From the human T2T-CHM13v2.0 reference genome, Homo sapiens, in the NCBI RefSeq assembly GCF_009914755.1, contig NC_060926.1: DNA of 64,000 nt. One strand, given 5' to 3'. Shown one piece after another: positions 10,842 through 26,132 of this stretch. Below the pieces are notes generated by a model. That model was not told the DNA's origin. It saw nothing but the letters and a program-made list of their open reading frames with translations, and did not search any database. The first letter of the stretch is position 1, and each line of letters begins with the position of its first letter. A program made the translations under genes and the position numbers.

Positions 10842-13204
10842 CAATTGCCTTGGTCCAAAACTTGGCCAGACCGCTAGACTATGTAAGAACCATTCCTCTA
10901 TGAAGCCTCAGGGACTTGGTGTTGTTTTAAATCTCTAATGTCTATGGTATAACTGATGTATTTACTGTCTGATGTACACTTACCTTTGTAAATGTGCTTT
11001 CCAACCAGGGAGGTCATGTTTTGTTCAGCTGCTGCTTGGCCTGGGACCACCCTTCATGTGCTCTGACCTGGTAACAGTAGTATATACTGGGCACCACATG
11101 GTTACTTACCTCAGTCTGCCTGATAGCCAGCCCTCCTGTGGGGTATGCCACAGCAATTTAATTTAGTCCAGGTCAGCCTGTTAATCTGGGCAAAGGTAGT
11201 ATGGGGTGAGATTTGGGCCAATATTCCCTGACATGTTACAGCCCATATCAGGAGGATCTAGACAAACCAAATTAAGTGCCAGGCGAATATTAACAGCAAA
11301 TGAATGGACCTTTGGTGGCTGCAAAATCACAACCCAGGGAAATACTTCCTTCTCACTCTCCCTTTATCTCTCTCTCTCTCAATGTGTGTGTGTTTGTAGT
11401 TAGTTTGATTTGTTACCATATTTAGTACAAATTTATTCAATTGTATTGGGCCCTGCACTGAGATCTCATTTGAATGGGAATCTGCAGAGTTACATAAACA
11501 GTGACCACAAACATGAGAAGGATCATCCTGAGTGGCTTATCTGACCTTTGAAGATCATTTCATATGGGGATAATGGCAGCACCACAAGAACAAATGCTGA
11601 GCTCTTCAAGCAAAAATTTTGAACGGCAATACTCATGTTGAGGTGCATCAACACCCCGTCTCCGTCTGCGGAACTCACCCTTCAATGTGCAGCTCAAATG
11701 CCACCTCCTCCCTGAACAGTGCTCTGTCACCTTGGGTGGGTGGGCCCTCTTTCCACTGACATCGTCCAGTGCTTTGCTCAAACCTGGTTGAATCAATAAA
11801 TGGGGAAGATAGCCCATATTTATTCTCCAACCATTTAGTATTTTATAGATTTCTATTCACGTTGAACTTATCCATTTGAATGGTTTTACTTTTCCCAAAC
11901 GAAATCTACTCTCAATAATTTCTTACAATTTGTCATCATTGTCTATGGACAATTCTCAAAGATTAATTTCTTTTAAAGCAGCGGCAGCATCATTAGAATA
12001 GAATACCTCCCAATGCTTGATGTATTTCATATGTTTAGTCTTCGTTAATGTTGTTCCTTCTTTCTGGAATTCCTTACCCCATTCTTTTTCCTATTACATT
12101 TTAATGAATAATTTAAGGTGGGACTTAAATCTCCGGTGATTTACTCAGCATTTCTTATTTTCCTTTTCTTAGGATCGGAACTTATATAGCTTACTCATTT
12201 TTTTCCTCATGTCTTTATGAATACCGTCATTATTTGACACAGGATCACATCGTGTTAGACTCATTTATTTATGTGTCATTTAACTGTATTTCACAAGGAC
12301 CATTTTTTCACTCCTATGTATTCCCAATGTCTAGCAGATTGACAAGTACAGAGGATGCACACCATAAATATTCACTGAGCTGAGTAGTCTGAGAGTGAGT
12401 ACACCAAAAAGGAGTCTCTCTCTCTCCCCTCATACATGTGAGTGTATTTATATATATGTGTTCGTGGGTGTTTGTGTGTGTGTACACACACATACATACA
12501 GAGACATGTAGTTTTGGGTATGTGTTTGAAAACATGTCACTCAATTTTGTATTTATGCCTAAAATAATAGAGCAATATTTACTGTGAATGTATCTCATAT
12601 GCTTATTTTCCAATTTGACTATTACTCCTAGAGTATTCATTTTAAGCATAAGATTAAAGTTTCTATGCAAAGATGACTTGGGAAGACCTGGAGGATGTGT
12701 ATTTTTTTATACTAATTGTCTGAAACAGCTTTTCTTTTAGACCTTTCCTAGAAAAAAATTAGGAGTGTATTTGTTCACTCGAGACTATCTGTAAAATAAA
12801 GAAGATATTTGAGAAGTTGCAAAGAACTTCTAAGTGTAAAAATAAAATGAGTTGATACATCAGAAACTAAGTTTGGTCAAACTGGAAAACAATCGTAGTT
12901 TACTACGCATGTGAGTGATCTAGAGATTGTTTAATTTCTATCTTTTAAAATAACTTTACTTATCTTTGATGGTGAGCCTGTATTAACTATGCAATAATAA
13001 ACTTTCAGATTATGTTTATGCAATGTAATACAAATAGATATATTAGCAGAATGTATATACAGAGTTTTTATGATAAAAATAACAGCTAACAACAATGATT
13101 AGATAATGTACATAGCAAATGGCATTGTGTTGACCATGTCCTGAACCTTAAAGCTGAATGTATCAGCCCAGTTTCTGTTTCCTAAGATGATAATAACAGC
13201 ATTG

Positions 13205-13410
13205 ACATTAATAATAATATAGCCAAACCCTTAATGTTTAAGAGATGATTTTCTGAATGTTTATATATATTACCTAACTTAATTTAACCCTGCTATATCT
13301 AAGAAGTTTGCACTATTAGGATTTCCACTTTAGAGGAGGAAACAGAGGCCTTGAGAGGTGAGATAAATTGCCCAAGGCCAAACAGTTCCTAAGTGTCAGA
13401 GCTCCAACTT
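13205..13410 (-). mobile_element. MIR
   Basis: GAGGAAACAGAGGCCTTGAGAGGTGAGATAAATTGCCCAAGGCCA matches the reverse MIR core. Confidence 0.75.
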
Positions 13411-13829
13411 CAACATTTCTCTGAAAATAATTATGTTATTTTAATTATTTTTTGGTATTCTCTATTGTCATTGGAATTGTAGGGAATTAAACAAATCCCA
13501 TCTTCTTTTCTGGAAGAAAGAGAATATCTTTTCTGTAACCAAAGATTATTCTCCATGTATAATAACTACAACTTCTTCAGATGATATAGAAATTTAATTT
13601 TTTTGTCTTATCCTTTCAACATTGAGGTTTATCTTCACAAATAAATATGTTGCAAACATTAATGTTCTAGCCAAGAAGTATTTAGAGTAGACACAGTTCT
13701 TGCTTTTGGAGTCTTAAAGATTTTCTTGAGTACTTTTCAAACTATAAGAAAACAGAACATTTTATAGAGCCCTTCCATTTATTTCTATACCCTCCATACT
13801 TACTTCTCCTTTATTCTCTGTGACTTTCT

Positions 13830-14272
13830 CTCACTCGGAGCAAAAGTCTGCGAAGTCCTGCATGATTTCTGCTCCCCATTGGGTCTCTGATTTAGCTTTT
13901 GCCTACCTTCTCCCATGCTCTTCTTCCAGATATCTACATGACTTTCTTCCTTATCTGCTTAGATCTTTTCTCAGATGTCATCTTATCCATGACTTTTATC
14001 TAACCATATTAAAAATCGCAAACTCACAACCAAATGAGCTCTTCTTCTTTCCTATATTTTGTATCTCTGTGGCATTTACCAGTGCCTAATATTTATTATA
14101 GTCATTTTATTTATTTTTTCTATGGTATGTTCCATCCCATTAGAATATAGGCTCCCTGAGGATAGCAATTTTTGTTTGTTTAGTGGGCTGCTATATCTCC
14201 AGGGCCTAGAAAATGAGACTCCAGGGCTCTTGCACAGGGAACAAACTTAGTAAATATTTCTTAAATGAATGC
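13830..14272 (+). mobile_element. L2 3' end
   Basis: TAGAATATAGGCTCCCTGAGGATAGC...CCAGGGCCTAGAA...TAAATATTTCTTAAATGAATG. Confidence 0.7.
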
Positions 14273-14489
14273 TGCATAAAATCTTTGCTGTATAAAAATA
14301 CTTTTATTTGTAAGTTCAGAGTTACTCAGGGCTAACCAGTATGTGGATCAATACTAGTAACTACACTGTGACTAACTGGAAGTTCTTATTTACTTTAGAG
14401 ATTACGTTTACTTTGGGACCATTAGGAAAATATTGGTTTGCCTGTGCATTGGTAAATTATTTTCACAATTTGACTTCAACCAAGAAATT

Positions 14490-15580
<1,091 letters not shown>

Positions 15581-15589
15581 ATTAAGTAC

Positions 15590-15912
15590 ATACATGTGGC
15601 TTCACCATGATTCTTGGCTTTCTCACAACATAGCCAGTTTATAGAAGTTAAATTATTTACATGGTAAGTCAGGTATTCAAATATGGGTGTTTCAGTGAAC
15701 AGGAGAGAAGTTGCATCACATTTTATAAACCAAACCGAGACATCATAAAAAGTCATTTCTATGATACTCTAATTACGAATTCATCTACATTTATAAGGAG
15801 GGTAAATTGACTCCATCTATTAATGAATGAAGTCAATGTCAGTCACCTTGTAGAAGAATATGGGAGAAGGAGAATGTAGTTGCAACCATCTTTGGAGAAT
15901 ACAATCTGTCAT
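15590..15912 (-). mobile_element. Old MLT1 (J/H/K-like) LTR fragment
   Basis: GGCTTTCTCACAACATAGCCAG, GACTCCATCTATTAATGAA, GCAACCATCTTTGGAGAATACAATCTGTCA. Confidence 0.55.
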
Positions 15913-16029
15913 AAAAATTATGTGAACCTGTATATAGTTACTTTGATATCTCAAATTGAAATAAATATGAAGTTATCTTATAATCTCCAGGATGTTATAC
16001 TTTATCAAATTTTGATAATTTTATAGAAA

Positions 16030-16975
16030 CAACATGCTTAGGATGTAGCTAATTCAGCACTTTGAGGAAAATTTATAGTATTGAGTGTTCACATGAAACA
16101 GAAAAAATAGTATATTCTTAAATAATTACATATCTTCCACATTAGACATTTTTGGAAAAAAAAAAAAAAGTAATTAAGCCCAAATCAAGTAAGGAAACAA
16201 ATATTATAAAGGTCAGAGCAGAAATCAATGAGACTAAAACCAGCAAAATAATAGACAAAAATCAAGGAAACAAAAAAACTACTCATTTAAAATATTCATA
16301 AAATTGTTAAACCTTTAGTTTACTGATGAAGCAAACAAAAAGAGGACATGCAATTTACCAGTGTCAGGAACGAAAGAATGAACATAACCATAGTTCCTGT
16401 GGATATTAAAGGATGATAAGATAATTTTTTTTTTTTTTTTTTGAGATGGAGTCTCACTCTGTTGCTCAGGCTGGAGTGGAGTGGCAGGATCTCGGCTCAC
16501 TGCAAGCTCTGTCTCCCCGATTCATGCCATTCTCCTGCCTCAGCCTCCCCAGTACCTGGGACTAAAGGCACCCGCCACCACACCCTGCTAATTTTTTGTA
16601 TTTTTTTGGTAGAGATGGGGTTTCACCATGTTAACCAGGATGGTCTCGATATCCTGACCTCGTGATCTTCCCGCCTCAGCCTCCTTCCCAAAGTGCTGGG
16701 ATTACAGGCGTGAGCCACCACGCCTGGCCAGGACGATGAGATAATTGTATGCAAAACTTTAAGATAAAACAGATTTAAGAGACAAATTCCTTGAAAGATA
16801 CAAGCTACCAAATCTCACTCACAACGAGATAGAAAACCTAAATAATCTCATGTCTAATAAGAATTTGAAGTCACATTTTAAAAGCTTCTTACAAAGAAAT
16901 CTCCAGGACTGAATGGCTTTACTGGCAAATGTTTAAGAAAGAACTAATATTAATTGTACACATACTCTTCCAATA
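16030..16975 (+). mobile_element. L1M ORF2 fragment, interrupted by an AluY
   Basis: AAGGTCAGAGCAGAAATCAATGAG, GACAAATTCCTTGAAAGATACAAGCTACCAAA, CCAGGACTGAATGGCTTTACTGG. Confidence 0.8.
16425..16729 (-). mobile_element. AluY-like
   Basis: Diagnostic GCAAGCTC, TTCATGCCATTCTC, CTGACCTCGTGATC; TSD AGGATGATAAGATAATT / AGGACGATGAGATAATT. Confidence 0.93.
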
Positions 16976-17067
16976 TAAATAAATAAATATATATACATGT
17001 ATATGTGTGTAAGTGATATATACATATATGTATACACATTTACATGTATATACACACATGTATATAT

Positions 17068-17329
<262 letters not shown>

Positions 17330-17370
<41 letters not shown>
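17330..17370. repeat. (TA)20 microsatellite
   Basis: Uninterrupted TA run. Confidence 0.97.
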
Positions 17371-17373
<3 letters not shown>

Positions 17374-17784
17374 TGATATGGCTATTATTGTCTTAGTACC
17401 AAAAGCAGTAAAGATGAACTTCCTAGGATTTGCCTTTGACAAGAAGCCATCTGAATGGAATCATACAGTATACAGCCTTAAGTTTCTGCATTCTTTTGTT
17501 TAACATTTTCTTTGAGATTTCTTCATATTGTTGCATGTGTCTGTAGTTTGCTTCATTTTATTGCTAAGTTGTATTCCGTTTCATTGGTAAACCATAATTT
17601 GTTTATCCATTCACCAGATGATGGATATTTAAATTCCAGGATTGATACAAATAACCATTTAAAATATATTTATGTCCTTATTAAGATATATGACTAATGG
17701 AACAGAGATGCCGATGTACAATGCAGCCTGCCTGCAATCTGTAATCTGTATACTATATTCAAAAGAGGTAAAATTACAATAAGG

Positions 17785-17938
17785 ACAGGGTAAGGATAAA
17801 AAAACTACCTATTAGGTACTATGCTGATTACCTGGGTAACAAAATATTCTGTACGCCAACTCCCTGCCACAGGAAATTTACCTATATAAAAAACCTGCAC
17901 ATGTACCCCTGAACCTAAAATAAAAGTTAAATAAAAAG
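17785..17938 (+). mobile_element. L1PB/late-L1PA extreme 3' end
   Basis: AAACTACCTATTAGGTACTATGCTGATTACCTGGGT...AACCTGCACATGTACCCCTGAACCTAAAATAAAAG. Confidence 0.88.
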
Positions 17939-18699
17939 ATACTCTAATAGTTTATACTATGATGAACAGAAGCCAGACAAAAGAAGCTTTTGGGGGCATT
18001 CTATTTCTGCTGATTATTTTCAAGGTGATTGACATTCCCATAAGGGTATATAACAAATTGCCTTTGATGGTAAATTCTTTATATCACTGCAAAGTCATTT
18101 TCAAAGTTCAGATGTTTAAGTGCCTCATCTGCTGTCTCTCTTCCCCAAGTCACCTGCAGGTCATCAGAGAGTCTGCTGATCTGTCTCAGGGTGGGCTCCA
18201 TGTTGTCTAATAACTATCCCTCTAGATCATCTCCCAGTTGAAATCCTTGAAATCTCCTTTAGTCCTTAATATAAAATTAAAGGTATCACATAACTAAGAT
18301 ACACGTTACCTTTCCAGATTTACTCTCTATATGTTTCGCTTTAGTGTTCTGTTTCAGACAATGATTTTGCTTATTTAAGAATATACTTTCATATTTTAAA
18401 ATGTAAAACCATTGTCCATACAATTTGCCCCACCTTGGAAGTCTGGACTTCCTCTGTCCTTGTTTGTCTGAATCTAACCTGTTCTTAATCTCAACACAAA
18501 CTTATATTTCTAAACAATCTGTTCCTAACCTCCACCACCTGGGGATTATTTCTATTTATTCTTTTTTTATTCTGTATAGCAACATTTACATAATATATTT
18601 AGGCCATATGATACTGCAGAAAGTAATAGATTCTTGTGGACATAGTGAAGTTTTGTTGTTTGTTGATTTGTTTCTTAATTCTTTTCTTAGTTGCGAAAT

Positions 18700-19245
18700 T
18701 CCCTACCACATGAAGCTGTTCTGAAAGCAGAGTTGGCCTCCCTCTACAGAAAGTGAGAAGTCAAATACTCACTTTCCCAGACTCCGTTCTTGCAAGAGTG
18801 GTAGATCAGATGCAAGCACCTAGGAATTTAAATCAAGACATAGCATAGCAAAGAAGCCCGGGGAGGGGAGATTGTGTTCCTTCAGCGATGACATCAGCAG
18901 TGGCAACAGCAACATTCAGGATCAAAAAACCACAGAGGCAACAATTTTAGCAATTGCCATTATTGTCTACAGTCACAGCTCTGCCCCAGAAAGCCTCAGG
19001 TTCCCCTGCTCATGGTGACAGCTGCTCTCTTTTCACCTAACTGGTTCTGCAGAGCAGTTTTTCTGTTTTTTTTTGTTGTTGGTTTTTTGTTTGTTTGTTT
19101 GTTTGTTTGTTTTGCTGTGATTCTCTCTGTCTGATCTTCCTTTGATATTACCTATATTCTTCACATGTTTTTTAGCCTTCTGGTGTTTTGTTAACTATTC
19201 ATCCATTCAATAAATCCCTTGTTCCGCTGAAATCAGCTTGCTGAC
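18700..19245 (+). mobile_element. LTR33-like ERVL LTR containing a (GTTT)n tract
   Basis: AAATACTCACTTTCCCAGACTCC...ATCAGATGCA; 3' TTCAATAAATCCCTT...CTGAAATCAGC. Confidence 0.55.
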
Positions 19246-20496
19246 AATGCAGAACTACTAATCCAGTGCTTTCACACATATCACTACGTCATTGCAACAT
19301 TGCTTAGATGGATGTTAATATTCTCATCTGCATATGAAGAAACTGAAGCTCAGAGAGGACATACAACTTGTCTAAGTCACTCCTTTGGCATGTATTATTT
19401 ATTAAACATTATAGCATATAAACATAAACATCAAGTTTATCCTTCAATAAGAAGACAATATTCAGAGAAAGTCACAAATTAGCAGGTTGCATTGCATTTC
19501 GAAGGGAAATCAAATAATTAAATTAGAAAAGAGAAATGACTTTTCTAATCCAAAGCAGAATGAAGTTCAAGGCCAATAGCTTTGATGATACATCTGACAT
19601 TCTTTATGTTTCCCAATGCAGATTTTATTTTGGGCTGGTGAACTTTCTACTTTCTCTGCTGTGAAGGGTGACAAGGTAGGAAGGAGAGGTGAGAAGAGGT
19701 GAACAGTAACTACATGGAGATTGCCATTATAACAGGTAGTGGGCACACAGCATTGACTAAGTAGCCAGTAAACACCAGCTCACCATACACAAGATTTACT
19801 GAGGACCCACTTCTGCTATAACAGCACCATGTAGCCCACATCTTAAGACCACATCATTTCATTGTGACTTGTTTAAAAAAATAAAAAACTCACAAATCTT
19901 ATGCACCAAAATTTGGAGATCACTTTAAAAAAATTTTTAAAAGCACTCGTTTCTTCTCAAACAGTAGGAGGTAGCAGGATCTGATAACTATTTGGGAGCC
20001 ACGTGCTTCTTTCATTTTATTAAAATCCTCATGGCAATGTCCAGTTCAGTATGTATGCCAGAATGCAAATGTTTTCTTGGCACTTTCTAAGAAATCCAGA
20101 AAGATCCAAATGAACATAAGAACTGGTGGGTGATAAGTGTGTCACAACCAGAATTATAGATTTTAGAGCTGGGAGGAAACAAAAGTTGCCTATTTTTAAA
20201 ACATAAATTCCAACTGCTCAAAACCCTGTAGTTTCCAGGATTTAATTAGTGCTGTCTTTGAGGGTCTGTTAATGAGGTATAGAGACTTCTGGGTTAGCCT
20301 TTATTGGCATTCTAATAACATGTAGTATATATTTAAATACTATTTTGGGTGGTCATACCTCCTGATTTTACAAAAGTGCAAATTCAATCAAAGGAGACAG
20401 TCAGCTAGTATGGATGACCCCACGGAGGGCTCTTTCCAACACAAGTCCCCAAAGGAAATACATATTGTGGATAAGGGGCCCCTCCGTTCATTCTGC

Positions 20497-20991
20497 TGTG
20501 TTAGTTTCCTAGAGCTGAGGGGACAAAGTACCACAGACTCAGCTGTTTAAACAACAGGAATGCATCCTCTCAGTTCTGCAGACCACAAGTTTGAGATCAA
20601 GGTGTCTGCAAGATTGGTTCCTTCTGAGGCTGTGAGGGAGAATCTGTTCCAGGAAGCTCTCCTAGCTTCTAGGGGTTTGTGGATAATCTTTTCTGGTAGT
20701 TTGTGTCCCTTGTCATATAGAAGTGTCACTCTAGTCTCTGCTGACATCTTCACACTCTAGTCTCTGCTTACATCTGCACCTGGTGTTCTCCCTGTGTGCA
20801 TGTCTGTGCCCACAATCTTTCTTTGTAAGAGTACCGATCATATTGGATTAAGGCTCTACCCTACTCTAGTATGACCTCATCTTAACTAATCACATTTGCA
20901 GCAACTCTATTTCTAAAAAGGATCCCAATATGAGGTACAGGGGGCCAAGCCTTTGACATATAAGAGACGGGTCTCAATTCAACCCATAAAA
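20497..20991 (-). mobile_element. MLT1C-like solo LTR
   Basis: TGTGTTAGTTTCCTAGAGCTG...GAGATCAAGGTGTCTGCAAGATTGGTTCCTTCTGAGGCTGTGAGGGAGAATCTGTTCC...AATTCAACCCATAA. Confidence 0.88.
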
Positions 20992-22059
20992 ATCCCCCCG
21001 TTACGAACAAGTCAATCTCTGGTTATTTGCCACTGGACGTTTCAGCGTCTGCAACTTCACTTCCTTCACTACACTTTCTTTCCATTCCCTGTCTGCTTAC
21101 TACAGTACAGAAAATTCATGACTCCTCTCAAGTAGATTTTTTTTATACTGTGCTTTTGAAGCCTTCCCAGAAAACTACAGCCTAATGTTAGTCTCTCCCT
21201 TTCCTGTCCACTCATTTCATTAATGAATTTAGCAGTTCTTGATCACTAGGCATTTTTGATTCTTTATCTCAAAAATTTGCTTACCTCTTGAGAGAGGCAA
21301 ACACTATGTACTTAATTTGTTGTGCTTCATAATGTGTTCAGTAGGTTGTTGGATTCACAGTTCTGGAGCTCAGCAAAAATATGGCTGTCTCCCAGGCACG
21401 TAGCAGGCATTTGCTGTCTTGATTAAAGAGAAAAAGCAGCAGAAGAGAAGAGAGGGAAAAGAAAAGAATAGAAAAAGAAACACACAAACTGTTTCTTAAG
21501 CTAAAGCTAAAGAAGTTGCTGGACATATGTTCTTTTGGAACATTTTGCGTTTCAATTGAGAAAGTGGCTGCATTACAAATTAACATGGACATATTTAGCA
21601 CAAAGAATACACTCCTGTACAAGAAGCCTTTCATGACAATTGCAGCCATTAGACATTAAACTAGTTTACAAGGCAGATGTGTTGCTACCTTTAGCCTTGC
21701 TAAAGTAGTTTGATTCCTAACTGACTTTGTGTTTCTTGTTATATTTACGAACCTGAATTCTCCAAAAAAAAAAACTCTTCATAGTAAATAAGGCATCATG
21801 AGCCATTAAATTCTAGATAGTATTGTCACAAACTTCCAAGAGCAGCACCTGAAAAAATGTGTCACTATGATTTCAGCAATTCCAGAGATCTTATCCCTTC
21901 TAAGCTTTCCTTTGTCTTTATTGGCCTTCTTTGCAAACATGGAATTTAATAATTCTTTTTCTTTATAGTACTAATTAGTGTAGAAAATGCTTTCCTAAAT
22001 GTTTTCTGTCTATAAAAATAATTTCATTGACTTTACAAGAAGAACATGAATTTCAAAGA

Positions 22060-22245
22060 AGATTATCCTTAGATAACAGGGATTTCTATGAGGGCAGCCA
22101 CTTTGTCTTGCACACGTCAGCACTTAACACCTGGCATATAGTGGTCTAATCATTTTCAAAAACTGTTTTGAAGAAATTAATGGATGGAAGAATTCTTAGG
22201 TCCAAGCATAGATGAATGAATGGAAGAATAAATGAATGAATCTAT
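22060..22245 (+). mobile_element. L2 3' end with GAAT-type tail
   Basis: CTATGAGGGCAG...ACACCTGGCATATAGTGG...GAATGAATGGAAGAATAAATGAATGAAT. Confidence 0.6.
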
Positions 22246-22384
22246 TAATCAACTTTCTAAGGAAAATACTGCTTAGATTTGAAAGTTCTATAGCAAAGGA
22301 CACAAGTGTTCCATTTACATTTTATGTATAATTACATTGGTGCCAAATATCCACCAGGAAAAACTCTAAAGAGTCCTAGTTAGA

Positions 22385-23200
22385 ATAACCAAAACAAACT
22401 TAAATAAAAAAAAAAAAAGCTGGAGGTATCACACTACCTGACTTCAAAATATACTACAAAGATATAGTAACGTAAACAGCATAAAAATGGACACATAGAC
22501 CAGGAACAGAGTAGGGAACCTAGAAATAAAACTACATATTTACAGCCAACTGATTTTTTAAAAAGGCGTCAATAACTTACATTAGGGAAAGGGCAGTCTC
22601 TTTAATAAGTGGTTCCAGGAAAAGTAGATATCTATAGGCAGAAGAATAAAACTAGACCCTTGGCCCTCACCATACCCAAAAATTAACTCAAAATGGATTA
22701 AAGACTTAAATGTAAGACCCAAAACTATGAAACAACTAGAAGAAAACATAGGGGAAATGTTTCTGGATACTTGTCTGGGCAAAGATTTTATGGTTAAGAC
22801 CACAAAAACACAGCAACAAAAGCAAAAATAAACAAATGAACCATATCAAACTAAAAAGCTTCTGTACAGCAAGGGAAAAGATCAACAGAGTGAAACGGCA
22901 ACCTTCAATTAGAGATTCATGTCCAGAATATACAAAGAACTTAAACAACACAATAAAGCAAATAATGTGATTTTAAAATGGACAAGGAATCTGAATAGCA
23001 ATTTCTCAAAAGAAGACATACAAATGGCCAAGAAATACATGAAAAAATATTCAGCATCACTAATCATCACAGAAATGAAAATTAAAACCACAGTGGGACA
23101 TCATCTCACCCCACTTAGAGTGGCTATTTTCAAAAACACCAAGGGAAAAACAAAAACAAAAAAAACAAGGAAAAAAGATCATGCTGGCAAAAATGCAGGA
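22385..23200 (+). mobile_element. L1 (L1PB/L1MA) ORF2 C-terminal fragment
   Basis: ACTACCTGACTTCAAAATATACTACAAAG, AAATGGATTAAAGACTTAAATGTAAGACC, CTCAAAAGAAGACATACAAATGGCCAA. Confidence 0.9.
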
Positions 23201-23282
23201 AAAAAAAAAAAAACAAAAAAAAAACAGTTGTCCCAAATTCTGGCATTCTGTGAAGGTACACTTTATATTGGAATTTTTATCA

Positions 23283-23432
23283 AGAAAGAGAGTTAAGAAG
23301 AAAGGAAGGAAGAGATGGAGACAGGAAGGAGGGTGGAAAGTGAGAGAAAGAAAAGAAAGAAAAAAGAAGGAGGGAAGGAAAGAAGGAAGGAAGGAAGGAA
23401 GGAAGGAAAAGAGAAAGAAACTAGGAAGGAAG
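23283..23432. repeat. GA-rich / (GGAA)n low-complexity tract
   Basis: GAAAGAAGGAAGGAAGGAAGGAAGGAAGGAAAAG. Confidence 0.9.
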
Positions 23433-25647
23433 GCACTGTGGGAGGTTTGGAAGTAAGAAGAAAGTCAAGAACCCAAGCACTCAAGAACAATGCAACTATT
23501 GTATCAATATTAGTACATATTAGCTTAGCTTTTTTTATATTTATACTGCTTAATTTTAAAGTTTAAAAAAATTGAGCTGGGAAAAATACTATTGATTAAT
23601 TCTTATTAATAGAGAATAATTCCAACATTGGTAGAGAACAGTACCTTTGTAAATAAAAAACACATAAATAGTATCACATGACTTTATTCTAGTGCAGCCC
23701 ATTCTCAAAATCTGTGAAGTTGTCAGTCATTTTCTACCTTAATGCAAAAATATAGCCTGAGATTTCAAGAAAATAAGAGTAATCCATACACAAAAGTAGA
23801 ATATTTAAGATACTGCCAGAAGACATTGGAAGCATCATTATTAACAAAAAACATGCTGGGTGTCACTGAAATTAATATTAATAGCAATAGCTGATATTTG
23901 CTAAGCACTGACTATAGACTGGACTTCCTGTCTCTAGGCTGATGTGATTTTCACAGCAAGTTGCACATGAAGGTTCTCTTTGTATCACCCTTGCTGCTGT
24001 ACTTCCTCCACTGTGGAGTTTACAGAACTGGAATTGCCCTCTGTTTGTGCAATATACCATAATCTTCATTTAATTCCAGAATGGTGAAATTCAAAAGAAT
24101 TAACTTCAGTTTGTCTTAATTTTATAAACTTAAATACAGGACTTTTCAGTGCAGATGCAGGTTCTGGGAGTTCAAACACCTATGGAGTTAATACCTTCAA
24201 ATAGTGACTGGTGTCTGCTGGGATTATTTTTTCTATCTTTTTAGTTGAGAGAGAAGGTGATTTTGTAAACAATATTGGAAGTGTTGCAGAGTTTCATGAA
24301 GTAGTAGATAATGTATCAACTGCTACTTTACCTCATCAATACAAATCATGAACAATTCCTTCCATGTCTTGTAGGGTGATGGTCTGTGTTGCTAGCTGGT
24401 CTTCTCCAGCTGCTGGCTTTGAGAGCTGCAGAATACATGGCTGATATGTGGTTAAAAGCATTAAATTTAGATACAGAGACTTTTGGTAGTGGATCCATTT
24501 GTTTTTATTGACCACGTAATGCAGAATATATTACGTAAATCTATTTCTTGGGACTTCAGTCTATAAAAAGATGTTGGTAACACCCAGGGAGGCTGAAGTT
24601 GAATACCAGATGAGATGGCGCATGTGAGAGATCATAAATAATAAGGTGCTCCACACACTTAAGATACTCTGTTTCCCATGGAAATGTTCTTGACTCACAC
24701 TTTGTAAAAAGTCATTATTTACAGTTCTTATAGCCTTGGGCTACTCTGACTTGGAAATTGATCTACTTGGCATCAGCCAAGAAATATTGAACCGGAAGAA
24801 GGTTGTTTAGATGCAGTGACAATGTCTGACTGGCCACGATCATTTTTTAAGTTCTTTCATAAGGGAGAATTTGCATAAAGGAAGACTTGACCTTAGTTCT
24901 GAATCCCAACTCTAATGAAAGAAAAGCCAAAGGAGATGAGAACATTAAGTTTGAAAATACTGTTGCCATTTTTCCATGTTTTTGTTTTCAGCTTTCCTAT
25001 GCTCTGATGACCCCAGACATTTTTGTCTTTGTAAATAATAATAGCTGAATTTTTTTTATGTTTCATAGAGTCAGCTAAACTGTCTCTATGTTAGAATGTT
25101 CAGTCCCTTTATATGGGTTGTAATTTACTGACGTATTTGTGTTTATTTCTACCATTTTTTTTTTTGTTTTTACTTTTCAATTTTTTGTATTTCCCCTCTT
25201 TCTTCTCTTCCTTTGTATTGTTTGTGCCTTTTTATCTATTTTTATTTTTCTCTTATACTTCTATAAACTTAATTATCAAAGTAAACTCAATCAGAGTTGT
25301 TACCTTCTTCCAGGACAATGCACATCTCTATAACTTACAAGGCTTGAGTTTCATTTGCCTTGCTCCTACCTCAGGACTCAACACTGTTTTGTCCAGAATT
25401 ATAGCTTTAAATATCTTTATATTTTAGTCATAATTAAACTAGCTTTTATTATTTTATATAATTCGTTTTTGTTTCTTTTTTTTGCCTTTTATTTTTGATT
25501 TAAAAACTTTAACAATGATAATTTATTTTCTTACTAAAATGTCTTCTTTAGGATTTCTTTAATAAAATAGTGAATATTATCAATTCTTTTAATCTAAAAA
25601 TCTTATTCAATTTTTGAATTTTTTGAAACTTTCTTTTATTTGAAACA

Positions 25648-26132
25648 CAGCTCATCTTTGAATAACACAGAGGTTGGGGGTACTGATCTACCATATAGTC
25701 AAAAATCACCATATAACTTTTGACTCTCCAAAAATTTAACTACTAATAGCCTGCTGCTGATCAGAAGACTTATTGATAATATAAAATATCAATTCACAGA
25801 GATTTTGTATGTTCTGTGAATTACATACAGCATTCTTACCATAAAGTAAGCTAAAGAAAAGAAACTGTTATTAAGAAAATCATCGGGAAGGGAAAATATA
25901 TTTACTACTCATTAAATGAAAGTGGATCATCATAAAGATCTTCATTTTCATCTTCACGTTGAGTAGGCTGAGGAGGAGGAGGTAGAGGAGGGGTTGGTCT
26001 TCACGTTGAGTAGGCTGAGGAGGAGGAGGTAGAGGAGGGGTTGGTCTTGCCCTCTCAGGATGGCAGAGGCAGAAGAAAATCTGCCCTTAAGAGGACTCCA
26101 GTAGCTCAAATCCATTATTTGAGGTTCAATTA
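25648..26132. mobile_element. Tigger2a (TcMar-Tigger DNA transposon relic)
   Basis: TATAACTTTTGACTCTCCAAAAATTTAACTACTAATAGCCT, AAGTGGATCATCATAAAG, CTTCACGTTGAGTAGGCTGAGGAGGAGG; degenerate terminal inverted repeats CAGCTCATCTTTGAA / TTTGAGGTTCAATTA. Confidence 0.9.

Noticed and set aside
7797-10877. Three ~1000-aa ORFs (G/R/E/K-rich on +, P/S/F/L-rich on -)
   Set aside because: A strand with no T, or with no A/G, cannot contain stop codons, so all frames are open by composition. The 35-bp unit is not a multiple of 3. Not evidence of coding.
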